A DNA stretch of 64,000 bases from Pseudomonadota bacterium (GCA_002862545.1 PKDJ01000181.1:115-64114), one strand, 5' to 3'. Shown: positions 1 through 9,748, counted from the stretch's first letter. The notes: generated by a model not told the origin, from the letters alone. Program-made: numbers and translations.

Positions 1-331
1 ATGGAGCGGAGGGCAGCCTGGTGCCAGTGGTGCTCTCAGGGAGGGGTTGTCAGGCTCGTAGAACGTGATCTACGGCGCATCGGCACTCCGGCGGCCCAAG
101 ATCGAGTCCGTCGTGGATCTGCAGCAGAGGCCTTCATGCTGCCTTGGACGACGAGGACGCGGTCGACGAGGCGCAGCCGTGCGCAGGACAACTTTTGGGC
201 CGAAGTCCACCCGCTACGGTGTGTGCTGACGGCTGACCGCTGCTGCGAGTGCGTCCCTCTGCTCGAGGACTTCCGGTCGGGGCAGCCGGAGTGCTCTGGG
301 CGCCGCGGTGAGCGCTCTGTGGTGAGCCAAA

Positions 332-1672
332 GTGCACGGTGGACCCGTGCGGGTCGGTGGACGATTCGGTTCCGCTCGGGACGACCCGCTATGCTGGGCG
401 TGTTGCTGGAGCTGTACTGTGACCGCTCACCTGCTGCTGCCCGTGCTGCTTGGCTGCACTTCGCCCTCTGAATCGGCCGGCGTCAGCGACTCGGCGTCCG
501 TCGACACCGAGCTCGGGTTGCTGATCGAGGAGCTGTACTACGCGGGGGCCGAGCCTGTCGGGGGGGCTGACCACTACTTCAGCGACCAGTTCGTGGAGCT
601 GGTGAATGCCTCGACCGAGCCCATGGACCTCTCCGGCGTGCTCATCGGCGAGGTGTTTGGTTCTGCCGGTGAGATCAACCCAGGCATGCAGCCTGACAGC
701 TTCCGCAAGAGCGCGCCCGACCGCGTGGTGATGTCGACCCTCTGGCAGATCCCGGGTGGGGTGTCGCTCGAGCAGGGAGAGACCCTGATCATTGCGCACG
801 ACGGGGCCAACCACCGCCCGTTCTCCACGGTCGACCTGTCGGGTGCCGACCTCGAGGCCTACGTCGCGCAGAGCGGCGGCGACGACGACAGCCCGACGGT
901 GGCCAACCTCAACCCGGTGTTCTTCTCCGGGGGCTACGACTGGTTGCTCACCGTCTTTGGTCCAAGCTTGGTGATTCTGGAGGCCGGCACCATCCTGGAG
1001 GTGGAGGACGGGCCCTCGGGGGAGCTGCGCTCAGCCCCCGTCGCGTCGATCATCGATGCCATCGAGACCCTGATGGACCGGAACTCCCGCAGGTTTCGCC
1101 GCCTGCCGGAGGGGGTCGACGCCGGCTTTGCGCACGTCTCTGGGACGTACACCGGGGAGTCGCTGCACCGGGTTCGGGTCGACGGTCGCTGGCAGGACAG
1201 CAACGACTCCAGCGCCGACTTCGTGGTCGGTCCACCCGCCCCCACGGAGTCGGTTGGTGTCGGGGTCGTCACGGGCGACCCGTGGGTCGAGCTGGGCGCG
1301 GGTCTCACGACGTTCAGTCCGCTCACGGACGGCGACCCGATCGAGCTCGTCGCCGGACACCAGGGCGGCTGGCACGTGGACGTGTCGGTGCGTGGCGGGG
1401 GCTTCGGCCCCGACGGGGTGATTCTGTCGTACGAGGCCCTCGATGCTACGACGGCTGAGTCGCTCGCCTTCGACACCTACGCCCAGCTCAGCACCGGGTC
1501 GGTGATCCCGACAGAGGACGGCTGGGAGCGGGTCGACGACCGCATCGTCTTCGATGTCCCGGACCCCGAAGAGGTGACCGGCCGCTCACTCGTGCTCCGG
1601 GTGACGGCCAGCCTCGAGGGCGGAGCGTGGAGTGACGAGCGGCGGGTCGTGGTGGTCGACGAGGAGCCCTAG
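332..1672 (+). CDS. Putative lipoprotein with lamin-tail-domain (LTD)-like region
   Basis: 446-aa ORF with high third-position GC. Hydrophobic N-terminus ends in a lipobox-like LLGC|TS. The start is uncertain (ATG 332 or an internal GTG just before the hydrophobic stretch). The segment LLIEELYYAG..DQFVELVNASTEPMDLSG resembles the LTD signature. The remainder is beta-rich and unassigned. Confidence 0.6.
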   Translation: MHGGPVRVGGRFGSARDDPLCWACCWSCTVTAHLLLPVLLGCTSPSESAGVSDSASVDTELGLLIEELYYAGAEPVGGADHYFSDQFVELVNASTEPMDLSGVLIGEVFGSAGEINPGMQPDSFRKSAPDRVVMSTLWQIPGGVSLEQGETLIIAHDGANHRPFSTVDLSGADLEAYVAQSGGDDDSPTVANLNPVFFSGGYDWLLTVFGPSLVILEAGTILEVEDGPSGELRSAPVASIIDAIETLMDRNSRRFRRLPEGVDAGFAHVSGTYTGESLHRVRVDGRWQDSNDSSADFVVGPPAPTESVGVGVVTGDPWVELGAGLTTFSPLTDGDPIELVAGHQGGWHVDVSVRGGGFGPDGVILSYEALDATTAESLAFDTYAQLSTGSVIPTEDGWERVDDRIVFDVPDPEEVTGRSLVLRVTASLEGGAWSDERRVVVVDEEP

Positions 1673-1679
1673 GGCGTGC

Positions 1680-4600
1680 TCATCGGAGGATGGGCAGGTC
1701 GTAGAACACGAGGGCTCCGACTCCCCGACGATTGAGCAGCCAGGGAACGTTGCCCACCGGATCGATCAGCGACAGCGTCTCGGCTGAGGTGGGGCCAGCG
1801 GTCGTCAGCAGGACCGCATCCCCCTCGATGCGCGCGGACAGGACCTCGGTGCCGTCGTCGAGCACGAACCACGCCTCAGTGCCAGGTTCGAGGATCAGTC
1901 CGCCGGCGCTCGCGCCGAAGTCGACCCGAACCTCCGTCGGTCCCACCAGCTCGGCAGACACAGCGCTCGGCGCGTCGATGCCCTCGGTCTCGAGGCTCCC
2001 GTAGAGGTCGCGGCTGACCAGTCGGGCCATGCGGTCTCCGAACTCGTGGTACGCGGGCCGGAAGAAGTGGCAGGTGTCGTGACCGTCGACGCCGGTGGTG
2101 CTCATGGTGCCTGCAACACGCGGCAGGAGAGCGGGGAGCTGGCGCTGAGCCTCGCGCAGCACCGTCGGGTCGCCGCAGCCGGAGCGAACCTGGAACAGGT
2201 AGATCGCCTCGACCGCAGGAAAGTCCTCGAGCCAGGCATCTTGCAGGGCTGTGAAGCTGGCTGTGTAGTCCTCGATGGGGAGCCACCCGTCGGACTCTCC
2301 CTGGTGCCACAGGATGCCGCGCACGGCGTGGTCGACCTGCGCAGCCCGGGCTCGTGACAGCAGGCGCCCGTAGATGGTCGTCGGGTCGGTGGGGTCGAGG
2401 AGGCTCCGCTGGTGCTGCGCGATGGTCGTGCCCCCGACAGCGCCGTTGATCACGGCGATGGGCACGCCGTGCTCGGCGACGAGCGTGTTGGCGAGCCGCA
2501 GTGCCCAGGCGCCGATGCTACCCGTGGTGTTGCCCGCATCGGACACGGCGAGGGTCCAGGCGGTGTCCGAGAGTGCCGTGCTGTCGAACATCGCTGAGCC
2601 GTAGGAGCGCACCCAGGGCGACATCTCGTCGTCTCCGGTGCCCTCGGCCCAGTAGTCGAGGGCCACGGCATTGGACTGCCCGTCCACGAGGAAGACGTCT
2701 CCACAGGCGATTCGACTGCGCCGAGCCACCTCGGTGGCCTCCCCGGCGTCATCGATGGCCGACACGACCACCTCGTGGTCGAGCAGCCCGGCGTCGAGGA
2801 CGAGGTCGACGTCGAAGCTGGCGGGGAGCTCGAGCACCTCGACGGGCTCGCCGTCGCGCAGCAGCTCCACCCGGGCAGCCGCGATGCCGGGGCTCGCTAC
2901 GCCTGAGAGCGGCACCGTGCAGCGATCGGCGTCGTCCCTGGGGTAGAGCTGCAGGCTGGCGGGGGCCTCGGTCAGCGTGATGGTGCGCAGCGGAGCATGG
3001 CGAAGGAGGGCGGTCTCGAGCTGCGTCCGCTCCAGCTCATTGAGCACCCGGTCGTAGACCACGGCCTCGGCGAGGCGGCCGTCGAGGCCATTGCCGTAGG
3101 CGTAGCTGCCGATCTGCAGGGTGGGGTCCGTGTGGGGTCCGGTGTAGCCCTCGCCCACGAACGTTCCGTCCAGGTAGAGCGCCCCGCGACCAGTCTCGAT
3201 GTCGTAGGTGCCGACCAGGATGTGTGCGGCGCCCAGGCTCACGCCCCGATCGCTGGTGACGAAGGTGCCGCCGTGGAACAGCTGCGGGCGGTCGGAGAAG
3301 CCCAGGAAGAGGGCGTGCTGGCTGCGTCCCGAGAGGAGGTTGTTGTTCGTCGCGAGGTCGTCCACTGCGACCACGACCGCCTTGGTGTAGGAGCCGAGCG
3401 GCATCCCCGCTCCTCGGTCGAGGCCGTCGGTGACGTCGAAGCGCACGGCGTCACGTCCGTCGAGGGAGGCGGGGTCCCAGGTGGGACGGTCCTCGAGGCG
3501 GTAGGGCAGAACGTCGCGTCCGGCGCCCGAGAGGTCGCGCCAGGCAGTCACCGCGTCGCCGTCGGTCTCGACGCCGGCGTCGGCGCGGAGCCAGAGGTGG
3601 GGGGCGAGGTCGGCGACCGTCGGCACGGCGGGTGCGAGGACGGGGGCATGGGCGTCGAGGGCGGCGTGCAAGGACAGCTGCTCGTCGTCGGTGAGCACCC
3701 TGTCGAACACAGCGACCTCGGTGAGTCGGCCCGCGAAGAAGTTGCCGTCGGCAAAGCTGCCGAGCTGGATGCTCGGATCCGCGATCGGTGCGGCGAACCC
3801 TGTGGCGACCTCGATGCCGTCGAGCGTCAGCCGCCCGAGACCGGATGCGGGGTCGTAGGTCCCCACCACGACGTGGCGCTCACCGACGACGACCGGGGTG
3901 TCGCTGGTCGCGAAGGTGCTGCCGCCATGCCACAGCTGCACCCGGTCCGAGGCTCCGAGCCACAGTGCGTGGCCCGAGCGGGACGACACGAGGTTGTTGT
4001 TCGGGCTGAGGTCGTCGACGGCGAAGACGGCGGTCTTGGTGTAGGCACTCCCGGTGAGCACGTCGGGGTGGTCGAGCGCGTCGGCGTCGAAGGCGAGGGC
4101 GGGCTGACCGTCGAGGCCGTCGTCGAGGAGTGTGGGGCGTCGCTCCAGGCCTCTGGGGAAGAGGTGGTGTGCGTTGCCGGAGAGATCGAGCCAGGCGGTG
4201 ACCTCGTCCCCAGCGGTCTCGACGCCGACGTCCGCTCGCACCCAGAGGGAGGGACCGAGGTCTCCGACGGTCGGCGTGCGCTCACAGGTGTCCGGTACAC
4301 CGTCGCCGTCGGCGTCCGGCAGGCCCGGACAGATCGCCTCGAGGGCGCAGGGGGCGCTCGGGCCGATGGTGAGCGTGCGTGTGAGGGGGGAGGACCAGGT
4401 CACCTCGCCGTCTTCGGTCTGGAAGGCTTGGAGGTAGGCAGGATCTCCTGGTGCCAGGCTCGGCGGCGGTGCGGGGGCCTCCAGCGCGGCGCTCCCGTCG
4501 GCCGAGGCCACGGCGCGGGCCACCACTCTGGGGTCTCGGAGGGTCGTGCAGACCTCCCCGGCCGCAGTCTCCCGGCACCGCTCCGGACCGAGGCCGGTGC

Positions 4601-4820
4601 CCGCGACGAACCAGACCGTGGTGCCAGGGGTGGCACCGGTCGCCTCAAAGCGGACCGGCTCGTCGGCCAAGAGGCGCGCCGGTCCGCACAGCGACAGAGA
4701 CGCGGACGGCGGTGGCTGGAGGTCGCGAGGGGCCGTGGACGCAGGGGACGGGCCCACCGCTGCCGGCGGACTCGCGCATCCGGCGGTCAGGACCAGTGCG
4801 GCGGCGCGTGCAGCGTTCAT
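1680..4820 (-). CDS. Secreted lipoprotein: two tandem LamG-like (concanavalin/Laminin_G_3-type) domains plus C-terminal SASA/SGNH-type carbohydrate esterase
   Basis: 1046 aa. Signal plus lipobox MNAARAAALVLTAGC. Two clearly paralogous ~210-aa modules (LWVRADVGVETAGDEVTAWLDLSGN... / LWLRADAGVETDGDAVTAWRDLSGA... each ending ..GRLTEVAVFDRVL / GRLAEAVVYDRVL). The C-terminal part has a VDGQSNA motif and a WHQGESD motif typical of the sialate-O-acetylesterase (SASA) family. Confidence 0.8.
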   Translation of the reverse strand: MNAARAAALVLTAGCASPPAAVGPSPASTAPRDLQPPPSASLSLCGPARLLADEPVRFEATGATPGTTVWFVAGTGLGPERCRETAAGEVCTTLRDPRVVARAVASADGSAALEAPAPPPSLAPGDPAYLQAFQTEDGEVTWSSPLTRTLTIGPSAPCALEAICPGLPDADGDGVPDTCERTPTVGDLGPSLWVRADVGVETAGDEVTAWLDLSGNAHHLFPRGLERRPTLLDDGLDGQPALAFDADALDHPDVLTGSAYTKTAVFAVDDLSPNNNLVSSRSGHALWLGASDRVQLWHGGSTFATSDTPVVVGERHVVVGTYDPASGLGRLTLDGIEVATGFAAPIADPSIQLGSFADGNFFAGRLTEVAVFDRVLTDDEQLSLHAALDAHAPVLAPAVPTVADLAPHLWLRADAGVETDGDAVTAWRDLSGAGRDVLPYRLEDRPTWDPASLDGRDAVRFDVTDGLDRGAGMPLGSYTKAVVVAVDDLATNNNLLSGRSQHALFLGFSDRPQLFHGGTFVTSDRGVSLGAAHILVGTYDIETGRGALYLDGTFVGEGYTGPHTDPTLQIGSYAYGNGLDGRLAEAVVYDRVLNELERTQLETALLRHAPLRTITLTEAPASLQLYPRDDADRCTVPLSGVASPGIAAARVELLRDGEPVEVLELPASFDVDLVLDAGLLDHEVVVSAIDDAGEATEVARRSRIACGDVFLVDGQSNAVALDYWAEGTGDDEMSPWVRSYGSAMFDSTALSDTAWTLAVSDAGNTTGSIGAWALRLANTLVAEHGVPIAVINGAVGGTTIAQHQRSLLDPTDPTTIYGRLLSRARAAQVDHAVRGILWHQGESDGWLPIEDYTASFTALQDAWLEDFPAVEAIYLFQVRSGCGDPTVLREAQRQLPALLPRVAGTMSTTGVDGHDTCHFFRPAYHEFGDRMARLVSRDLYGSLETEGIDAPSAVSAELVGPTEVRVDFGASAGGLILEPGTEAWFVLDDGTEVLSARIEGDAVLLTTAGPTSAETLSLIDPVGNVPWLLNRRGVGALVFYDLPILR

Positions 4821-4930
4821 CAGAGACTCCGTTCAGCGACGCAGTCTAGCCTCGCGTCACGTGCTCGTGCGCAAGCGGCTGGTCCTCCCCGGTCTACGGT
4901 GCGTGCTAGCGTGCAGACGCTGGGGGCACG

Positions 4931-5833
4931 ATGATCACGGCTGGACTGGCTCTGCTCATGGCATCGACGGCCCAGGCCGTTCCGACGCTGACGACCGACG
5001 GCGCCTGTCCGGGGCGTGCCCTCATGGAGCTGGATGATCTCACGCCGGGTGGACCGGTTCAGCTGCTGATGTCGACCTTGGGCACGGGGGACGACCACGT
5101 CGCGGCCGGTCCGTGTGCCGACACGGTCACCGGCATCCGAGGGATCCTGACGGGTCCGCGCTTCGTGGCGACGGATCTTGGGCGCCTGCGCCTGACGCCG
5201 ACGCTGCGCGAGCCCCTGTGTGGCTACACCCTTCAGTTCTTGGACCTGACCACCTGCGAGCTCACCCGCCCGGTCGGCCTGTCGGATCTCGAGACGCCCG
5301 ACTTCGGTGACCCAGCCGCCTGTCGGGGCGGAGCCGAGTCGGTCGCTGTCGCGCCGTCGGGCACCATGTCGATCTGCGACGACCCGAGTGACGTCACCTG
5401 CGAGCAGGACTTCGCGGCACTCTGTCCCGAGGGCTGGCACCTGTGCTCCCTCGAGGAGTACCAGGCCCGAAACGATGGCTGGATGGGGAGCTTCCCAGGC
5501 GATGCCCCGACGACGCTGGGCACGATCCACTGCCGCGGCGTCGGCGGTCGAGACGGCGCCGGACACCAAACCTTCTACACCGGAGACGCGCTCGACTGGG
5601 ACGGCGCGTCCTTCAACTGCCACTACGGCAGCTCCCGCGACACCTGCGTCACGGACTATGGCTGCAACGAGCAGAGCAGCGCGGCGCTGTGCTGCGCGCC
5701 GTCACCGCTGTGCGGCAACGGGGTGACCGACGGTCCCGAGGAGCTGTGCGACGACGCCAACGACGACGACACCGACGAGTGCCTCAGCAACTGCACCTGG
5801 AAGAACCCCACCGACCATGGGCGCGGCTGCTGA
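4931..5833 (+). CDS. Secreted Cys-rich protein with C-terminal myxococcal cysteine-rich repeat
   Basis: 300 aa. Signal peptide MITAGLALLMASTAQA. The C-terminus CGNGVTDGPEELCDDANDDDTDECLSNCTW matches the Myxococcus cysteine-rich repeat pattern (CGNG..E.GE.CDDGN....D.C...C). An internal CPEGWHLC motif is present. Confidence 0.65.
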   Translation: MITAGLALLMASTAQAVPTLTTDGACPGRALMELDDLTPGGPVQLLMSTLGTGDDHVAAGPCADTVTGIRGILTGPRFVATDLGRLRLTPTLREPLCGYTLQFLDLTTCELTRPVGLSDLETPDFGDPAACRGGAESVAVAPSGTMSICDDPSDVTCEQDFAALCPEGWHLCSLEEYQARNDGWMGSFPGDAPTTLGTIHCRGVGGRDGAGHQTFYTGDALDWDGASFNCHYGSSRDTCVTDYGCNEQSSAALCCAPSPLCGNGVTDGPEELCDDANDDDTDECLSNCTWKNPTDHGRGC

Positions 5834-5923
5834 CGGGCGACGCGACCCTTCGTCGTTCTCACGCCAGGGTGAAGCCGTAGGCGGCGGGCCATAGGTCCAG
5901 GTCGTGCCACCGGAGGGGTCCCC

Positions 5924-6289
5924 ATGTTCCCCATGCTCGACCCGGCGATCTCCGAGACACTGCTGGCGGCCATCGAGGCGGGTGACCTCGGCGCCTTCAC
6001 CACGTCGCTGTCCCAGGCGGGTGCATCGCCGAGCAGCCTGCTGCACAGCCGGGCCCGCAAGGGGGCCTGGCCGCTGCTGAAGCGGGTGCTCTACCCGCCG
6101 TTCAAGCGCAAGAACCTCGAGCCCCGACTGGCCATGGCGCGGCACCTGCTGCGGGCTGGTGCGGATGCGAACGTGTCGACGCCGTATGGCTTCACGATCG
6201 TCGAGGGCCTGCTGTCTCGCCTCGACGAGCACTCGTGGGAGGCGCAGCTCCAGCTGCTTCGCTTCGTCGTCGAGCTGGTCCAGGAGTGA
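5924..6289 (+). CDS. Small hypothetical protein, ankyrin-repeat-like
   Basis: 121 aa with high GC3. ..LEPRLAMARHLLRAGADANVSTPYGFTIVEGLL.. resembles an ankyrin repeat core (LL..GADvN). The assignment is weak. Confidence 0.5.
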   Translation: MFPMLDPAISETLLAAIEAGDLGAFTTSLSQAGASPSSLLHSRARKGAWPLLKRVLYPPFKRKNLEPRLAMARHLLRAGADANVSTPYGFTIVEGLLSRLDEHSWEAQLQLLRFVVELVQE

Positions 6290-6421
6290 GAGATTCCGCT
6301 GGGCATTCGGACCAAGACCGCAGCCTCCGATCTGGATCGCGCACTTCGCGCCGCGAGTCAGCAGTTCCATCGCGGAGATCGTGAGATTCTGGGGCCTGCC
6401 GCTCGGCAGGTAGCCGAGATC

Positions 6422-6937
6422 ATGCTGGAGCACGAGGCCCCCTCCCATGACCCCCAGCCCTTCGTCGACAGCCCGCTGTCGGTGGACCGTGGGAACAGCC
6501 GGATGCTGCGCTCCGATGCAGAGCGAATCGCTGCCGTGGCCGCCCGGGCGGTCGCGCGACGACGTCCGCTGAGCGCCTTTGCGGTGGCGACACCGCTGCC
6601 GGGCGGGACCCTGTCCGACGAGGGGGAGGTGGCCTGGGCGGACCGTGCACACCCCCGTCATGCGGCGGTGCGCGCCGTCGCCGTGCTGCGGGACCGGGCG
6701 TTTCGCCACCACGGCTTGGGCTGGGGTCCGGCCGAGGAGGCCGCGGTCGCGCTGCTGGTGGAGCTTCGGGACGCGGTGGAGGACAAGGCGGTCAAGCGCA
6801 CGCTCAAGAAGCACGTGACCAAGCTCTCCAAGCCAGACAAGCCCGTGTTCGACGAGGCGATCTACATCGAGGTCGCGCAGATCGTGACCACGGCGACCGT
6901 GACGGGTGCGCTGTCAGGGCTGCCGGATGGGGCGTGA
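6422..6937 (+). CDS. Hypothetical protein
   Basis: 171 aa with high GC3. No recognisable motif. Confidence 0.45.
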   Translation: MLEHEAPSHDPQPFVDSPLSVDRGNSRMLRSDAERIAAVAARAVARRRPLSAFAVATPLPGGTLSDEGEVAWADRAHPRHAAVRAVAVLRDRAFRHHGLGWGPAEEAAVALLVELRDAVEDKAVKRTLKKHVTKLSKPDKPVFDEAIYIEVAQIVTTATVTGALSGLPDGA

Positions 6938-7051
6938 GGCCGACCTGGGGGGGTGGGGGCGGTCTGCTACACCTGTCCGTAGAGAGGCGGACTCACTACT
7001 AGGGGTGCGCTCGGGGCTCTGGGGCCGACCCCGTCGAGCAGGGAGTGACGC

Positions 7052-7495
7052 ATGCCGACCTGGACGTGGAGCGCCTGGAGCGACCTGGGCCGGACCGACA
7101 TCCACGATCTGTTTCGTCTGCGCGCGGCGGTGTTCGTAGTGGAGCAGGAGTGCGCCTACCAGGACATCGACGGGCTCGACCCCGTGGCGCTGCACCTGCT
7201 CGGTCGGCGCGACGGTGAGCTCATCGCCTATGTGCGCGCCTTCGGGCCTGGCGTCATCGGCGACGACATGGTGATCGGGCGGGTGATCGTGGCACAGTCC
7301 GCACGCGGAACGGGGCTCGGACGCGTGCTGATGCGGGAGGCGCAGGACCGCTTGTTCGCGGAGTTCGGCGCCGGGCCGATCTCACTGGGGGCCCAGGCCC
7401 ACCTGGCCGACTTCTACGGATCCCTCGGCTACGCGATCAGCGGCCCCGGCTACGACGAGGACGGCATCCCCCACGTGCCGATGCGCCGCGCGTAG
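7052..7495 (+). CDS. GNAT N-acetyltransferase, ElaA-like
   Basis: 147 aa. LFRLRAAVFVVEQECAYQDIDGLD, GRVIVAQSARGTGLGRVLM and FYGSLGYAISGPGYDEDGIPHVPM are the typical ElaA-family pattern. Confidence 0.85.
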   Translation: MPTWTWSAWSDLGRTDIHDLFRLRAAVFVVEQECAYQDIDGLDPVALHLLGRRDGELIAYVRAFGPGVIGDDMVIGRVIVAQSARGTGLGRVLMREAQDRLFAEFGAGPISLGAQAHLADFYGSLGYAISGPGYDEDGIPHVPMRRA

Positions 7496-7498
7496 CGC

Positions 7499-8383
7499 TC
7501 AGGACCAGGCCCCCTCGAGGAGCCGGACGAGCTCACGCCCGGTGGGGCCCAGCGTCTGGTCGACGCGCCAGGCGAGTGAGACGGTGAACCGGCGTCGGCT
7601 GCCTCGCTCGAAGGGCACCTCGACGAGCCGCTCGTCGGCCAGCTCGTCGTGGACCATCGCCAGGGGCATCCAGCCCAGGCCGAGGCCCATGAGGAGGCCG
7701 TCCTTCTTGGCGCCGAAGTCGCCGACGTAGAACACCCGTGCGCCGGGCAGCAGGTTGGTGTCGGCGTCCGTGAGGGCCTCGGCGCTGTCGTGGACGGACA
7801 GCTCGAGGTGCCTCTGCAGGGCCTCGAGAGACTGGGGCTCGGTGGCGCGTGCCGCAGGATGGTCGGGCTTGGCGACGAGCACGAAGACCAGGTCAGGGAG
7901 TGGGCGGACGATGCAGTCGTGGGTCGGCGGGAGATCCAGCGCGACCATGAGGTCGGCCTCGGACTGGCGGAAGCGTGCAGGGACGCCACGGCGGAACTCG
8001 GTCCGCACCTGCACGTGGGTGGGGATGCCGCGCTGGCCGAGGTGATGCAGAGCCTGAAGCAGAGGGGCGCGGGGGAGGGCACCGTCGACGACGAGGCGGA
8101 GGCGTGCCTCCCATCCCTCGGCGAACCTGGCACCGAGGGACTGGATGCGTCGCGCCCGGGCGAGGAGGAACCGCCCTTCGTCGAGCACGGCGACGCCGGC
8201 CGGGGTGAGTACGGCGCGGTGGCCGCTTCGGTCGAACAGGGAGACGCCGAGGGCACGCTCGAGGGCCTTGATGCTGTAGCTGACCGCGGACTGGGTCTTG
8301 TTGAGGCTGCGCGAGGCGGCGGCGAAGCTGCCCTCGTCGGCGATGGCCTCGAGGGCCTCGATTCCGTCCAGGCTCAGGTCCAT
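7499..8383 (-). CDS. LysR-family transcriptional regulator
   Basis: 294 aa. N-terminal HTH LEALEAIADEGSFAAASRSLNKTQSAVSYSIKALERALGVSLFDRSGHR plus a LysR substrate-binding-type C-terminal domain. Confidence 0.9.
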   Translation of the reverse strand: MDLSLDGIEALEAIADEGSFAAASRSLNKTQSAVSYSIKALERALGVSLFDRSGHRAVLTPAGVAVLDEGRFLLARARRIQSLGARFAEGWEARLRLVVDGALPRAPLLQALHHLGQRGIPTHVQVRTEFRRGVPARFRQSEADLMVALDLPPTHDCIVRPLPDLVFVLVAKPDHPAARATEPQSLEALQRHLELSVHDSAEALTDADTNLLPGARVFYVGDFGAKKDGLLMGLGLGWMPLAMVHDELADERLVEVPFERGSRRRFTVSLAWRVDQTLGPTGRELVRLLEGAWS

Positions 8384-8528
8384 CGAGTGACCTCGTCGTC
8401 ATGGCTCGACACCATCGTATCTGATCATGAAGAGGTCCGGCCAGCGGGTGGGCTGGGCGTCTCTCAGCGGCGCTCGCCGCCGAGGTCGTCGCGGTTCGAT
8501 GTGTTGGCTCGCCGAGGAGGAGCCACAA

Positions 8529-8993
8529 TCAGTTCTGATCGGTGCGTCGCCGTCGGAGCAGCAGGCCGGTGAGCATGGCCAGGGCCAGCGAGTGCGCGGA
8601 GCCTCCGGAGCTGGAGCACCCCTTGCCGTTCCCAGTGGCGCCTGTGTCGCCTGTGTAGGGGTCGCAGTCCAGGTTCAGGTCGACTGTGTAGGGCGCGTCG
8701 TCGAGGGTGAGTGTGTAGGTGCCGATTGTGTTCTCGAAGTACGCGGACTCGCCTGGCTGGACGGTGCAGGGAGCCTCGCTGCAGACACCGTCGATGGCGT
8801 CGGACACGGGGAAGTCCTCGAGCACGACAGGGCCGTCGCAGGCGTTTCGGAGTCCCACGTCCGCGACCCCGAGGTAGCAGCCGCTCGAGGCCACCTCGAT
8901 GCAGTCGGGTGCCCCAGTGAGCAGCTGGCCCTCGCAGTCGCACTCGGGACTGAGTGCGTGAGCGGTCAGGGTGAGCAGGGTCGTGAGCAGCAT
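8529..8993 (-). CDS. Small secreted Cys-rich protein with MYXO-CTERM-type sorting tail
   Basis: The ORF track starts at 9089, but a signal peptide (MLLTTLLTLTAHALS) begins at the ATG at 8993. The upstream part overlaps a REP copy. The C-terminus GKGCSSSGGSAHSLALAMLTGLLLRRRR is MYXO-CTERM-like. Confidence 0.65.
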   Translation of the reverse strand: MLLTTLLTLTAHALSPECDCEGQLLTGAPDCIEVASSGCYLGVADVGLRNACDGPVVLEDFPVSDAIDGVCSEAPCTVQPGESAYFENTIGTYTLTLDDAPYTVDLNLDCDPYTGDTGATGNGKGCSSSGGSAHSLALAMLTGLLLRRRRTDQN

Positions 8994-9075
8994 GTTTCCT
9001 CCATGTCTCGTGGAGGCTGCAAGTTCTGGGCCGGGCTGGTGGGGATGGGGTCTCCTGGGTTTTGGGGGGGGTTGG

Positions 9076-9087
9076 GGTGCCAGGTAC
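9076..9087. repeat. Solitary REP-like core GGTGCCAGGTAC
   Basis: Exact match to the core of the repeats clustered at 9851-10001. Lies in the intergenic region between two minus-strand genes. Confidence 0.5.
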
Positions 9088-9148
9088 ACAGCCAGGCCAG
9101 GATCCGCGACAGCGATGTCGCGGGGCCTGGTGCTGGTGATGTCTCGGG

Positions 9149-9748
9149 TCAGTAGGTCGAGCTACCGATGCCTTCGTCCCAGCAGACCATCTTTCCTCCT
9201 GCGCCTTCGAAGCAACCGCCTACGGCTCCGTCGACCGAGTAGTGGTGGCCGTTGTTGGTCGACGTCACGTGGTCATTCGAGCGTGCCAGGTTCACCAGTG
9301 GGGTCGGGTTGCCCTCGACGCCGCAGCTGGCCTGGGCATCACACCAGTATCGACCCGGCGCGATCGGCTGGCCGACACGCTGGTTGAGGGACTGGAGCTC
9401 CGCCGTCGGGAGCTGGCGGCCGTTGATGAACACGCCGGTTCGGCCAGCCGAGGCGTCCGACGCGAGAGGGCCTCCCAGTGCGAGGCCGGCGGGCAAGATG
9501 CCGGCTACCGGCTGGCCTTGGAGCCCCCAGACGCCCGAGCGAGCGTCGTACCAGTAGCTTCCCGCAGGCACTTGGCGGGGGTCGATGCCGAGCTGTGTGA
9601 GCAGGGAAGGGCTGATCGCCTGCCCATTCACCACGATGGTGGCTGCCTGTGCTGTCTGGATGGCTGGGGGGCTGGACTGTGCGTGGGCCAGTGGTGCAGT
9701 GAGGAAGAGCGAGAGGAGGGCGACTGCGGTTCGTGCTGTAAGGGACAT
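9149..9748 (-). CDS. Secreted hypothetical protein with internal duplication
   Basis: The likely start is the ATG at 9748, giving signal peptide MSLTARTAVALLSLFLTAPLAHA. There are two related segments (VNGQAISPSLLTQLGIDPRQVPAGSYWYDARSGVWG / INGRQLPTAELQSLNQRVGQPIAPGRYWCDAQASCG). No family was recognised. Confidence 0.55.
   Translation of the reverse strand: MSLTARTAVALLSLFLTAPLAHAQSSPPAIQTAQAATIVVNGQAISPSLLTQLGIDPRQVPAGSYWYDARSGVWGLQGQPVAGILPAGLALGGPLASDASAGRTGVFINGRQLPTAELQSLNQRVGQPIAPGRYWCDAQASCGVEGNPTPLVNLARSNDHVTSTNNGHHYSVDGAVGGCFEGAGGKMVCWDEGIGSSTY

Noticed and set aside
1-471. 156-aa ORF at the window start
   Set aside because: Trp/Arg/Cys-rich junk composition, and it overlaps the start of the lipoprotein gene in another frame. 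Region 1-331 is treated as intergenic, since no frame on either strand looked coding.
2997-4934. 645-aa plus-strand ORF
   Set aside because: Antisense shadow of the LamG/SASA lipoprotein gene (1680..4820). Its composition is Gly/Arg/Val/Glu/His-rich with no motifs. The minus-strand product has a signal peptide, an internal domain duplication and esterase motifs.
5702-6814. 370-aa minus-strand ORF
   Set aside because: Mostly antisense to three plus-strand genes with high GC3. Only the 6290-6421 gap segment looks coding-like, and that is reported separately at low interest.
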